64,000 bases of DNA from Flavobacteriaceae bacterium (GCA_049614485.1 JBMZDR010000008.1:29606-93605), one strand, 5' to 3'; shown: positions 36,998 to 46,831, numbered from the stretch's first letter. Notes: generated from the letters alone by a model not told the origin. Numbers and translations are program-made.

Positions 36998-37792
36998 TTA
37001 ATTGAAGCCGCGCTGACGTTTGGCTTCAAAAATTAAAATTCCAGCTGCAACAGATACATTCATAGAATCTATTTGCCCTTGCATAGGTATGATGATGTTT
37101 CGCTTAGCAGCATCGCGCCATTCTTGACTCAAACCAGTTGCTTCAGTTCCTACAACAATAGCAGATGCTTGGGTGTAATCTTCGTTATGGTAGTTGTTTG
37201 AATTCTGTAATGTCGCTGCGTAAATATTTATTTGACGTTCTGCTAAAAAGGCAATAATTTCTTCTGTTGTTCCTGTAGCAATTTGATTGGTAAAGACACA
37301 ACCAACACTTGAACGAATAATGTTCGGGTTGTACAAATCCGTTTTCGGATTTGCTATAAAAATAGCATCTACATTTGCGGCATCAGCAGTCCTTAAAATA
37401 GCACCAATGTTACCAGGTTTTTCAGGAGCTTCTGCAATTAATACCAGTGGTGTTTTAGTTTGAAATTGAACTGAACTTAGCGCGTTCGATTTTGTTTTTA
37501 CAATGGCAACAATTGCTTCTGTAGAACTTCTATATGCTATTTTCTGATGCACATCTTTTGACACACTAATTATGCTGGTGTCTTGGGGAAGTACAGAAGT
37601 AAGCTCTTCTTCAGAAATCAATTCCTTATAAAAAAATACGGTATCTAAATCATAATCACCTTTTAAAGCGAGCTCTAATTCTCTTAACCCCTCAACAACA
37701 AAAAGCCCTTCTTTTTTACGAAGTCTTGATTTATCCTGTAATTGCAGCACTTTTTTGACTAGTGCATTTTGTGTACTACTTATATATTGCAT
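36998..37792 (-). CDS. TrmH/SpoU-family RNA 2'-O-methyltransferase
   Basis: N-terminal substrate-binding domain plus SPOUT core (PGNIGAILRTADA, GTEATGLS, IPMQGQIDSMNVSVAAGI). Confidence 0.87.
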   Translation of the reverse strand: MQYISSTQNALVKKVLQLQDKSRLRKKEGLFVVEGLRELELALKGDYDLDTVFFYKELISEEELTSVLPQDTSIISVSKDVHQKIAYRSSTEAIVAIVKTKSNALSSVQFQTKTPLVLIAEAPEKPGNIGAILRTADAANVDAIFIANPKTDLYNPNIIRSSVGCVFTNQIATGTTEEIIAFLAERQINIYAATLQNSNNYHNEDYTQASAIVVGTEATGLSQEWRDAAKRNIIIPMQGQIDSMNVSVAAGILIFEAKRQRGFN

Positions 37793-37922
37793 GGGGCAAA
37801 TATACAGTTAAGCTATTTATTGTTCATCTATTACACTATTTTTTCATGAAAAGATGTAACAAAAATGATGACTTTGCGTTCTAATAGTATCATCAACATC
37901 ATCAATCAAATAAACACTCATC

Positions 37923-39026
37923 ATGTTAAAACACTTTTTTATCATCTGCTCAGGGGCAGATACAGATCTTCTTGACCAATGTTCTAAAGGCGAACAAACC
38001 AAATATGTAGGAATTGGTGCCACCGTATTTTTTACAGCTGTCATGGCATTTATAGCATCCAGCTATGCCTTATTTATGGTGTTTGATAGCATCTATATTG
38101 CTATAGCTTTTGGAGTAGTTTGGGGATTGTTAATCTTTAATTTAGATCGGTTTATTGTATCAACTATAAAGAAAAAAGAGTCTTTTACTCAAGAGTTATT
38201 ACAAGCTTTACCAAGATTAGTATTGGCAATGATTATAGCAGTAGTTATTTCGAAGCCTTTGGAATTGAAAATATTTGAAAAAGAAATCAATCAAGTTTTA
38301 TTAGAGCAGAAAAATGATATGACATTGGCTAATAGTCAGCAAATAGCTCTGCAATACACTCCAAAAATAGAAGAGCACAAGTCGAAAATTAAAGCCTTAC
38401 AACAAGAAGTTGCCTCCAAAGAGAAAGAAGTTAACAGCTTATATGATACTTACATCTCAGAAGCAGAAGGTAGAGCAGGGACAAAATTATTGGGTAAAGG
38501 GCCAGTGTATGAGGAGAAAAGACATAAACATGATGCCGCTCTAACTGAATTACAAGGTTTAAAAACCAGTAATCAAGCGAAAATTTCAGGTTTAGAAATT
38601 GCTATTAAAAATCTCATTACAAAACAAGAGCAACATGAAAGTATAACCCAACCTATAATAGCAAATTTTGATGGCGTTATGGCACGAATTACGGCTTTAG
38701 GAAAATTACCGTGGTTGCCGTCATTCTTTATTTTCATTCTGTTTTTAGCAATTGAAACCTCTCCTATAATCGCTAAATTATTAGCTCAAAAAAGCGCTTA
38801 TGATTTTAAGTTAGAAGACCAAGAATCCGAAGTAAAAACTTGGGTTCAACAAAAAGTATTTGAACGCGAACAGAATTTAAAAACGTCTACAGTTATCAGT
38901 AAACAAGTCCATCAAGATTTACAAAATGAAAATACGGTATATGCGTATAAAAAACAAAACACAGAAAAGCTAATGATATATCGTGCAGATGTTTATTTAA
39001 AGAATCAAAAACAAGCGGTAAGTTGA
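37923..39026 (+). CDS. DUF4407-like membrane protein with a central coiled coil
   Basis: N-terminal CSGADTDLL..KYVGIGATVFFTAVMA, three TM segments, a long heptad-rich middle and a C-terminal TM. Confidence 0.65.
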   Translation: MLKHFFIICSGADTDLLDQCSKGEQTKYVGIGATVFFTAVMAFIASSYALFMVFDSIYIAIAFGVVWGLLIFNLDRFIVSTIKKKESFTQELLQALPRLVLAMIIAVVISKPLELKIFEKEINQVLLEQKNDMTLANSQQIALQYTPKIEEHKSKIKALQQEVASKEKEVNSLYDTYISEAEGRAGTKLLGKGPVYEEKRHKHDAALTELQGLKTSNQAKISGLEIAIKNLITKQEQHESITQPIIANFDGVMARITALGKLPWLPSFFIFILFLAIETSPIIAKLLAQKSAYDFKLEDQESEVKTWVQQKVFEREQNLKTSTVISKQVHQDLQNENTVYAYKKQNTEKLMIYRADVYLKNQKQAVS

Positions 39027-39076
39027 TGAGGGTTATGGTGTTTTTAAGGGCGACCGAATAAGACATATTATGATGA

Positions 39077-40150
39077 TTAGTTGTGTTCTTGTTGTTCATA
39101 ATTAACAATTAAAGCAACAACGTAGCTGTAGCTTTTAATCCCTTTTTCCTGATTGTTACTTTTTAAAAATAAATCATAGCCATATTTAAGAATAACCTCC
39201 ATAGGGTTTTGATAACCACGCCAAAAATTATGACTTTCTTTGAAATCTTTTAAAATACCAGAATTAATTTTTTGAAGTAAGTAGTCATATTTGTTTTCAT
39301 CACGCCTGTATATTTCTTTTAAACAATAACGTAAAGCAAACGTAACTCCAGCGTAATTAAAATAAACATCAGGATTCTCTTTACAGGCTAAGTATCCTAT
39401 AAAATTAGTTTCATTTTCTGCAGCGTAACCTATTTGATGTGCCTCCTCATGGCAGCTCACTAAAGGCAAATGGTATTTAGGAATCAAGTAGTTTACTTGT
39501 GCTTCATTAGTAAACGGATTTAAATAACCGCTATATCCTGAGTATGTAAGGGGAAGTGACCAAATAGATTTTTTAATACTTCTGGTCTTGTAACTTATTT
39601 GAGGGTGCTTTTTGTGTAATTGTGAATAGCCGTTAACTGTTTTTTCAAAAACCTGAGTTGTACTATACGGTATTACAGCTTTAAGACTGTCACTAGGAGC
39701 AATTTTTAAATGAATACCGTTAGCTTTAGCAATAAGCATCTCTGTAACATCAAACAGTTGATTCGTTGAGTATGTGGTGTCTAAATTTAAAGTTTTGTAT
39801 AAAGGAGTTCTGTAATAATTCAACCCCCATAAAAAATGAAATACAAAATAAATAACTGAAAAAAAGCCAGTAATAGTAAGGATGGCTTGTTTGGGGTTTT
39901 TATAAATTCTTTTAAAGTTAGAAAACCCCCATTTTAGTATAAAAATAATGAGTAGGGCATATAATATATCTCCAACAGAAAAAGGAACCCATCCTAGTGT
40001 GTGGCGTAATGTTTTTGAAATTATAGGATACAGACCATTACTGTAATATGTGTCAACAAAATAAGGGTGTTGCCCTAATATTTTGACTAATATCACCTGT
40101 AAAGGAAGTAGTGCGACTACAACTAGTTTTTTGTTTTTAAGAATGTTCAA
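39077..40150 (-). CDS. DUF3810-like membrane protein with an HExxH motif
   Basis: 357 aa; N-terminal TM helices and SCHEEAHQIGY (HExxH). Confidence 0.65.
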   Translation of the reverse strand: MNILKNKKLVVVALLPLQVILVKILGQHPYFVDTYYSNGLYPIISKTLRHTLGWVPFSVGDILYALLIIFILKWGFSNFKRIYKNPKQAILTITGFFSVIYFVFHFLWGLNYYRTPLYKTLNLDTTYSTNQLFDVTEMLIAKANGIHLKIAPSDSLKAVIPYSTTQVFEKTVNGYSQLHKKHPQISYKTRSIKKSIWSLPLTYSGYSGYLNPFTNEAQVNYLIPKYHLPLVSCHEEAHQIGYAAENETNFIGYLACKENPDVYFNYAGVTFALRYCLKEIYRRDENKYDYLLQKINSGILKDFKESHNFWRGYQNPMEVILKYGYDLFLKSNNQEKGIKSYSYVVALIVNYEQQEHN

Positions 40151-40282
40151 GGCAATTTCTTTTCTGTAATGAGTAGCTTGATTAAGATTATAAATCTAAT
40201 GAAATAAACTAAATCACATCACATCTAAATATATTAATTGATTAAAAACTCACTATATTTGGGGTGTAAAAAAACAGAAATC

Positions 40283-41743
40283 ATGAATCAAGAGATAAGA
40301 GAATTAGAACCAAAAGAGTTATGGAATAAATTTGCCGATTTAAATGCCGTACCACGTCCATCAAAAAAAGAGGAACGTGTTATAGCTTTCATGAAAAAAT
40401 TTGGTGAAGATTTGAGTTTAGAAACAGTTATTGATGCTGTAGGGAATGTGATAATTAGAAAACCTGCTACCTCAGGTATGGAAGACCGAAAAGTTGTTGT
40501 GTTACAATCTCATTTAGACATGGTGCATCAGAAAAATGCTGATACTGATTTTGATTTTGATACACAAGGCATTGAAATGTATGTAGATGGTGATTGGGTA
40601 CGTGCTAAAGGTACAACCTTAGGAGCCGATAATGGTTTGGGAGTAGCAACAATTATGGCTGTTTTAGAATCAAAAACTATTAAACATCCTGCTATTGAAG
40701 CACTTTTTACTATTGATGAAGAAACCGGAATGACTGGAGCTATTGGTTTGGAAGGCGGTTTATTGCAGGGTGATATTCTTTTAAATTTAGATACTGAAGA
40801 AGATGATGAAATTGGTGTAGGATGTGCTGGTGGTATTGATATTACAGCTACAAGATCTTACAAGCAAGTTGCGACACCTAATGGATCAGTAGGGTATACA
40901 ATTGAAGTTAAGGGGCTAAACGGAGGTCATTCAGGAATGGATATCATCAAAGGTTTAGGAAATGCAAATGTATTTATGAACCGTTTGTTGTATAAAGGCT
41001 ATAAAAAGTGTGGATTACATGTTGCCTCTGTTAAAGGTGGAAGTTTACGTAATGCCATACCAAGAGAAAGCTTTGCTGTTATTGCAGTTGACAGTAGTTG
41101 TCAAGATGTTTTTAAAAATGAGTTGAATTCTGAAATAACTAAAATAAAAGCAGAATATGCAAGCTTAGAAGCTGACTTGAATATTGTTTTAACTGAAACA
41201 GCATGCCCAGAAAAAGTAATGGATGCAGATGCTCAAGTGTCTGTGATAAGGTCTATTTACGCTGCCTTAAATGGTGTGCATAGAATGAGTCCTGAAATAG
41301 AAGGTTTGGTTGAAACATCTAATAATATTGCTAAAATAATCATAGACAATGGTGAAGCAACAGTAATGTGTTTAACACGTTCTTCAGTTGATTCTAATAA
41401 AGATGATTTAGCTAATAAGTTAACCTCTTGTTTTGAATTAGGTGGTTTTGACGTGGAATTGTCTGGTTCGTATCCAGGTTGGACACCCAACATGAATTCT
41501 TCAATAGTCAAATTAACTGCTGAATTGTATAAGAAAATAAATGGAGAAGAAGCTAACGTAGCGGCGTGTCATGCTGGGTTAGAATGTGGTATTTTAGGAA
41601 CTCATTATCCAAAAATGGAAATGGTGTCTTTTGGGCCAACAATAAAAGGGGCACATTCCCCTGATGAACGAGCAAGTATTTCTTCAGCTAAAAAATATTG
41701 GCATTTCTTTTTAGAGGTTTTGAAAGAAACGCCTAAGAAATAA
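40283..41743 (+). CDS. pepD: Aminoacyl-histidine dipeptidase (PepD, M20C)
   Basis: LEPKELWNKF..PRPSKKEE, HLDMVHQK, DNGLGVA, DEETGMTGA. Start trimmed to the ATG at 40283 (the ORF track uses an upstream TTG). Confidence 0.9.
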   Translation: MNQEIRELEPKELWNKFADLNAVPRPSKKEERVIAFMKKFGEDLSLETVIDAVGNVIIRKPATSGMEDRKVVVLQSHLDMVHQKNADTDFDFDTQGIEMYVDGDWVRAKGTTLGADNGLGVATIMAVLESKTIKHPAIEALFTIDEETGMTGAIGLEGGLLQGDILLNLDTEEDDEIGVGCAGGIDITATRSYKQVATPNGSVGYTIEVKGLNGGHSGMDIIKGLGNANVFMNRLLYKGYKKCGLHVASVKGGSLRNAIPRESFAVIAVDSSCQDVFKNELNSEITKIKAEYASLEADLNIVLTETACPEKVMDADAQVSVIRSIYAALNGVHRMSPEIEGLVETSNNIAKIIIDNGEATVMCLTRSSVDSNKDDLANKLTSCFELGGFDVELSGSYPGWTPNMNSSIVKLTAELYKKINGEEANVAACHAGLECGILGTHYPKMEMVSFGPTIKGAHSPDERASISSAKKYWHFFLEVLKETPKK

Positions 41744-41763
41744 TATAGGTAAATATGAGGTAT

Positions 41764-41796
41764 AAAAAAAGCCACTCAATTGAGTGGCTTTTTTTA
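41764..41796. terminator. Bidirectional rho-independent terminator
   Basis: A7-GCCACTCA-AT-TGAGTGGC-T7, between the convergent pepD and PPIase genes. Confidence 0.85.
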
Positions 41797-41809
41797 TGTT
41801 ATAATTGTA

Positions 41810-42913
41810 TTATTTTGTTTCCTCAGTTTTTGGAGCTGGAACAATTTCCAATTCGAAAATTAAATCAGAGTTTGGTGGTATTGGTCCGGCACCTCTTTCG
41901 CCATATCCTAAGTGTGAAGGGATGTACACCAACACTTTATCACCAGTTGACATTGCTAATAACCCATCTCTAAACCCTTGAATTAAACGAGCTTTAGGAC
42001 TATAGTCCATAGGAATAGGCTTGTAACCAGCATCATTGTGTTGAGTTTTTCTAGGGTTTAGCATGTTGTATTTCTCTTCATAAGATTTAATGTTTGAATC
42101 AAATAAAGTTCCGTCAGCTAAGAAACCTGCATAATTAACTAATACTTTAGAGCCTATTTCTGGTTTTGAATTAGTTGTTTTTGTAATGTAAGAAATTTGA
42201 ATTCCAGAAGGTAGTGTTTCAGCTTTAGCTTTGTTGCTTTCAAACATAGCTATAGTTTCTTTTTTTACAGCTACTAATTTAGCCTCTTTTTCTTCTTCTT
42301 CTTTCTTTTCAATTTCAAAATGATCACTAAAAATTTTAGCAGCATCAAACTTTTTTGCGGCACTACCTTTTCTAATAATTTTTACAGTTTGTATTTGGTC
42401 ATCCTGTGCAATTGAATCAACCACGTCTTGTCCTTTTACAACATGTCCAAAAACGGTATGTTTGTTGTCTAACCATGGCGTATCTTTATGTGTGATAAAA
42501 AACTGACTTCCGTTTGTTTTTGGTCCAGAGTTTGCCATTGACAAAATTCCTGCTCTATCATGAGTTAAACTTGGGTCAAACTCATCTTTAAACTTGTAGC
42601 CTGGGTCACCGGTACCAGTACCTAAAGGGCATCCTCCTTGAATCATGAAATCAGCAAGTACTCTATGAAACTTCAAACCGTCATAATATTTTTTTTCTTT
42701 GAAGTCTTCAGAAACCTCTGTATTTGTTCCTTCAGCCAAAGAGACAAAGTTTGCAACAGTAACTGGTGTTTTTTCAAATTCTAAGGCACAAATGATTGTT
42801 CCTTTATTGGTTGTAAATTCAGCATACATACCATCTTCTAAATCAGGGTACTGATCATTGCATGATGATACTGCAAAAAATAATGATAATAATAGTAATT
42901 TCATGGTTTTCAT
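41810..42913 (-). CDS. Dual-family peptidyl-prolyl isomerase lipoprotein (N-terminal cyclophilin, C-terminal FKBP)
   Basis: Lipobox AVSSC. Cyclophilin block [49 protein letters not shown], then a K/E linker, then the FKBP block [46 protein letters not shown]. Confidence 0.88.
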   Translation of the reverse strand: MKTMKLLLLSLFFAVSSCNDQYPDLEDGMYAEFTTNKGTIICALEFEKTPVTVANFVSLAEGTNTEVSEDFKEKKYYDGLKFHRVLADFMIQGGCPLGTGTGDPGYKFKDEFDPSLTHDRAGILSMANSGPKTNGSQFFITHKDTPWLDNKHTVFGHVVKGQDVVDSIAQDDQIQTVKIIRKGSAAKKFDAAKIFSDHFEIEKKEEEEKEAKLVAVKKETIAMFESNKAKAETLPSGIQISYITKTTNSKPEIGSKVLVNYAGFLADGTLFDSNIKSYEEKYNMLNPRKTQHNDAGYKPIPMDYSPKARLIQGFRDGLLAMSTGDKVLVYIPSHLGYGERGAGPIPPNSDLIFELEIVPAPKTEETK

Positions 42914-42919
42914 TTTTTG

Positions 42920-43462
42920 TTAATCTTTCTTGGTTGTTATATTGTGTAATGATACGGTGCAAACAATAGGCGTGTTAACATTAATTTTATGTCCGTCACC
43001 TCTGTAACCATAAGCTAATTGTGATGGAAAAATGTATTTTATTTCCTCATGTTGTTTTATAAGTTTTAACCCTTTTCTAAATCCTTCAATAATTTCATCT
43101 TGTTGGTCAATAAAATATGTTTTATTACCAATATCCTCCGGAGTATATATAGTTGTATTCATTAAGTCTGATACCGAATAGGTGTAAGATATTTTGTCAC
43201 CAAAATTTGGTGTTGCAGAAGCAAGAGAATCTTTTCTTATATAGGTGTACCAGAATCCGTTGTTAGAATTAATATAAGTGTTAGTTGAATCGTCCTTAAT
43301 ATATTTTAAAATTAAATTATTTTCTTGTTGTAATCTTTTCTTTGTTCGTTCTACTGAAGTTTGTAAAAATGTTCCTGTTTTTACAGATACGGGCTGCCTG
43401 GCTTGTGGCTCTTTACAAGCATTGAAAACAAAAATGATTATTAAAAGGGTGTAGTATTTCAT
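42920..43462 (-). CDS. gldI: FKBP-type PPIase lipoprotein, probable gliding-motility protein GldI
   Basis: Lipobox VFNAC; 180 aa FKBP-like C-terminus (EGFRKGLKLIKQHEEIKYIFPSQLAYGYRGDG). Size and context fit GldI of Flavobacterium; the gene symbol is tentative. Confidence 0.5.
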   Translation of the reverse strand: MKYYTLLIIIFVFNACKEPQARQPVSVKTGTFLQTSVERTKKRLQQENNLILKYIKDDSTNTYINSNNGFWYTYIRKDSLASATPNFGDKISYTYSVSDLMNTTIYTPEDIGNKTYFIDQQDEIIEGFRKGLKLIKQHEEIKYIFPSQLAYGYRGDGHKINVNTPIVCTVSLHNITTKKD

Positions 43463-44475
43463 TAATTTAACTCTTTTTTATAGTTTGGTAATATACTAAT
43501 AAATTTTTCAAGGGTGTCTTTTAAAGATAGATTACTTGCGGCACCAGCGGCGTTTGTATGTCCACCACCATTAAAATGAGTTCTTGCAAAATCATTTACT
43601 GAAAAATCACCTTTAGATCTGAATGAAATTTTTACAAGTCCGCTATTTAAGTCTTCTTTGAATATAGCAGCAAGTTTAATACCTTGTAATGATAAGGCAT
43701 AATTAACAATGCCTTCAGTGTCTCCTTTTTGCGCATTGTATTGTTCCAATTCTTCTTGAGATAATGAAATATAAGCAGTGTTTAATTCAGGAATCATTTT
43801 TAAGTTAGTTAATGATTTACCTAATAGCTGCAGCCTATTGTATGAATTACTATCGTAAACATTTTGATGAATCTTGGCATTGTCTATCCCCAAGTCAATC
43901 AAATTTGCAATAACTCTGTGGGTTGTGCTTGTTGTTGATCGAAATCTAAATGACCCAGTATCAGTCATAATACCAGTGTAGATGCAGTTGGCAATATCAG
44001 CATCTATTTTAGCAACATCACCTAATGCTTCAATAAAATGATATACCATTTGGCATGTTGAGCATATAGAGGTGTCAGAATACGTTACTTCAGCATAATC
44101 ATCGGGTTGTTGATGATGATCAATCATTATAAACTTAGCTGTAGAGGCGCCAAGCTCTTTTGCCATTTCACCGGTACGGTTAAGCGCGTTATAATCTAAA
44201 CTAAAAATTAAATCAGCTTGGTGTATTAAAATGTCGGCGTCTTCTTTTTTAGAATCATAACATATTATATGATCATTTTCAGGCAGCCATTTTAAAAAAT
44301 AAGGGAAATCATCAGGAACAATAATGCTAATGTTTTGATGCGTTTTTTTTAAATATAAATAAAGTGCTAATGAAGATCCAATAGCATCACCATCCGGGCC
44401 TTTATGGCATGTTATTACAATGTTTTTAGACGATTGTAATAACGCTTTTGTTTTAGTAATATCAGTTTTTTGCAT
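43462..44475 (-). CDS. nrnA: DHH-family phosphoesterase (NrnA-like oligoribonuclease/pAp phosphatase)
   Basis: CHKGPDGDAIGS, IDHHQ (DHH motif), and a DHHA1 C-terminus with GGGH. Confidence 0.85.
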   Translation of the reverse strand: MQKTDITKTKALLQSSKNIVITCHKGPDGDAIGSSLALYLYLKKTHQNISIIVPDDFPYFLKWLPENDHIICYDSKKEDADILIHQADLIFSLDYNALNRTGEMAKELGASTAKFIMIDHHQQPDDYAEVTYSDTSICSTCQMVYHFIEALGDVAKIDADIANCIYTGIMTDTGSFRFRSTTSTTHRVIANLIDLGIDNAKIHQNVYDSNSYNRLQLLGKSLTNLKMIPELNTAYISLSQEELEQYNAQKGDTEGIVNYALSLQGIKLAAIFKEDLNSGLVKISFRSKGDFSVNDFARTHFNGGGHTNAAGAASNLSLKDTLEKFISILPNYKKELN

Positions 44476-44640
44476 AATTAATGCGAATATAAGTAATCGA
44501 AAAAATAAATGGTACGGTTTGTGTCTTAAAAACTTAAAATAACAGGTGTGATTTACGGATTTGTTAATCTAATGTTTTGATAATTAGATTATATTGTTAA
44601 TTTCGCACCGATTTAAACTAAACCTTAAAAATAATTTAAA

Positions 44641-45492
44641 ATGAAAAAAAACTACTTTTTTAAAAGCGCACTATTATTAATATTGGGTGTTTCAATGTCT
44701 TTTGCACAGGGGAATGACCAAGGTTGGCCAGAAATGGTTAAGGTAGAGGGAGGCGCTTTAATGTTGGGGGCAGAAAAAAGAGACCTTTTAGCTGAAAAAG
44801 ATGAAAAGCCACAGCGTAAAGTTATGGTTAAGGATTTTTACATGAGTAAGTTTGAAGTCACAGTATGGGAGTGGAAAGAGTTCGTAAAAGCTACGAGAAA
44901 TAAAATGCCAGAAATACAATCTTGGGGTTGGAATAATGATTTCCCAATTACTAATGTTACATGGGAGCAAGCAGTAGAGTATTGTAATTGGTTAAGTGAA
45001 AAACATGGCTATTCTAAAGCATATTCAAAAGCGGGTCCAAGATATTTATGTGATTTTAAATCAAATGGGTATAGATTACCAACAGAAGCAGAATGGGAAT
45101 TTGCTGCTAGAGGTGGAAAGAAATCTAAAGGATATAGGTATGCAGGGTCTAATGAGCTAGACTTAGTATCATGGACAGTAGAAAACAGTGAGGCTAGACC
45201 TCATGCTTACGGATCTAAATATGCTAATGAGTTAGGTATATTTGATTTGAATGGAAATGTATGGGAATGGTGTTGGGATTTTTATGATGAAAACCATTTT
45301 AAAGCTGTAAAAACAGGTATGGTTCAAGACCCAAATACAACTGGCCCTAAAAGAGGAGAAAAGCGTATTGTTAAAGGAGGGTCTTGGGATAGTAGAGCGT
45401 CTTTTTGTAGAATACCAAATAAGGTGGCTACTTTACCAGGTAAAACACATGAGTTTTACGGAATGCGATTAGTGCAGACTAAACGTTTCTAA
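44641..45492 (+). CDS. Formylglycine-generating-enzyme (SUMF1) family protein, secreted
   Basis: YRLPTEAEWEFAARGG, GNVWEWCWD, KGGSW. Confidence 0.85.
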   Translation: MKKNYFFKSALLLILGVSMSFAQGNDQGWPEMVKVEGGALMLGAEKRDLLAEKDEKPQRKVMVKDFYMSKFEVTVWEWKEFVKATRNKMPEIQSWGWNNDFPITNVTWEQAVEYCNWLSEKHGYSKAYSKAGPRYLCDFKSNGYRLPTEAEWEFAARGGKKSKGYRYAGSNELDLVSWTVENSEARPHAYGSKYANELGIFDLNGNVWEWCWDFYDENHFKAVKTGMVQDPNTTGPKRGEKRIVKGGSWDSRASFCRIPNKVATLPGKTHEFYGMRLVQTKRF

Positions 45493-45518
45493 GAGGCTAT
45501 AAATTAGAAAACTATAAT

Positions 45519-45548
45519 AAAAAAGAGCAGTTTAACTGCTCTTTTTTT
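45519..45548 (+). terminator. Rho-independent terminator
   Basis: AAAAAGAGCAGTT-TA-AACTGCTCTTTTTTT. Confidence 0.8.
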
Positions 45549-45623
45549 ATTTATCAGATAACTTATTTGTGTGTGTTATTAAAATAACTACTTTTGCACA
45601 AAAATTTTTAAAAAAAATATAAG

Positions 45624-46043
45624 ATGGCAACTAATAGAACATTTACAATGATAAAGCCTGATGGCGTTGAAAACGGTCACATCGGAGCAATTTTGGGAAA
45701 AATTAATTCAGCAGGATTTAGAATAGTTTCAATGAAACTTACTCAAATGACTACCGCAGATGCAGAAGCGTTTTACGCCGTGCATAGTGAAAGACCTTTC
45801 TTTGGTGAATTAGTTGAATTCATGACTCGTGGACCAATAGTTGCTGCAATCTTAGAAAAAGATAACGCAGTTGAAGATTTCAGAACTTTAATAGGGGCTA
45901 CTAACCCAGCTGAAGCTGCTGAAGGAACAATCCGTTCGTTATACGCTACATCTATTGGAGAAAATGCTGTACATGGTTCAGATAGTGATGAAAATGCAGC
46001 TATTGAAGGTGCTTTTCATTTTGCAGGAAGAGAAATGTTTTAA
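45624..46043 (+). CDS. ndk: Nucleoside-diphosphate kinase
   Basis: [11 protein letters not shown] and the active-site NAVHGSDS. Confidence 0.96.
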   Translation: MATNRTFTMIKPDGVENGHIGAILGKINSAGFRIVSMKLTQMTTADAEAFYAVHSERPFFGELVEFMTRGPIVAAILEKDNAVEDFRTLIGATNPAEAAEGTIRSLYATSIGENAVHGSDSDENAAIEGAFHFAGREMF

Positions 46044-46063
46044 TTACATAAGAACATATACAC

Positions 46064-46097
46064 AAAAAAGCCTAAAGAAATATCTTTAGGCTTTTTT
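46064..46097. terminator. Bidirectional rho-independent terminator
   Basis: AAAAAAGCCTAAAGA-AATA-TCTTTAGGCTTTTTT, between the convergent ndk and DUF721 genes. Confidence 0.85.
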
Positions 46098-46118
46098 GTG
46101 CTTTATAGTGAATGCTAA

Positions 46119-46415
46119 TTAAGCTAGAAGCAAGTCCTTTACAACGTCACGTCTTAGAAACTCATTGATGTTAATGATTATTTTAGATTTTCCGTAACTT
46201 AACTCTTCGCGTAACGCTGCGGAGCTTAGCCTCACTATTAAAGTATTGTTTTTTAATTCAACATCATTGGTGTATGCTTCAATTGATTTTCCCATAACAG
46301 CATACCAAGCATTTATGGCATCAATTTTCTCCAGACCTTTATCTAAATTATTCTCTTTTATAAATCCCTGTAAAGCATCGCTTAAGCTAATATTATCTCT
46401 ATTTCTTTTTGCCAT
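46119..46415 (-). CDS. DUF721 (DciA-like) protein
   Basis: 98 aa; AWYAVMGKSIEAYTNDVELKNNTLIVRLSSAALREEL fits DUF721. Start trimmed to MAKRNRD (ATG at 46415), 1 nt after the upstream stop. The recF-linked position is typical. Confidence 0.75.
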   Translation of the reverse strand: MAKRNRDNISLSDALQGFIKENNLDKGLEKIDAINAWYAVMGKSIEAYTNDVELKNNTLIVRLSSAALREELSYGKSKIIININEFLRRDVVKDLLLA

Positions 46416-46416
46416 T

Positions 46417-46830
46417 TTAAAAATTGTATTTCTCATGTTTTTTATAATGAAAAAGAACACCTTTGTCATTTTGTAAAATTAATTTTTCGGGAGTAAGCTC
46501 AATAATTATGTCTTCCCAAGAATCTAATGGTGTTGATGTATGAATGATAAATTGGTTATTTTCATTAGTAATACGGATGCTATCTTTGATATTGTTCGTT
46601 TTGTATTTTCCGCTAAAATCTGGTTTTACTTTTTTTCGGTATCCTTTATTGTTGTCGTTTAAATAATAAAAATCAATAGTTGAATTAACACCAAATTTTG
46701 TGATCTTTTTAGCTTCAGATTCTACAAACTCGATGTCCCAATACCCATTTAGATGTTGTAAATCGTCTTGAGTTATGTTTTTAGAGCAACTTGTTGCTAC
46801 AATAAGCAGTAGGCTAAATAAGGTTTTCAT
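46417..46830 (-). CDS. Small lipoprotein (lipocalin-like?), function unknown
   Basis: Trimmed to MKTLFSLLLIVATSCSKN (lipobox ATSC); the ATG at 46830 overlaps the end of recF. Confidence 0.6.
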   Translation of the reverse strand: MKTLFSLLLIVATSCSKNITQDDLQHLNGYWDIEFVESEAKKITKFGVNSTIDFYYLNDNNKGYRKKVKPDFSGKYKTNNIKDSIRITNENNQFIIHTSTPLDSWEDIIIELTPEKLILQNDKGVLFHYKKHEKYNF

Positions 46831-46831
46831 G

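Noticed and set aside
36561-37000. Diversity-generating retroelement around the Avd-like four-helix-bundle gene
   Set aside because: There is no reverse-transcriptase ORF anywhere in the window, and I could find no template/variable repeat pair. The gene is an orphan.
37844-38044. 66-aa minus-strand ORF overlapping the start of the DUF4407-like gene
   Set aside because: It overlaps the strongly supported plus-strand gene and the divergent promoter region. It has no motif and no plausible start context.
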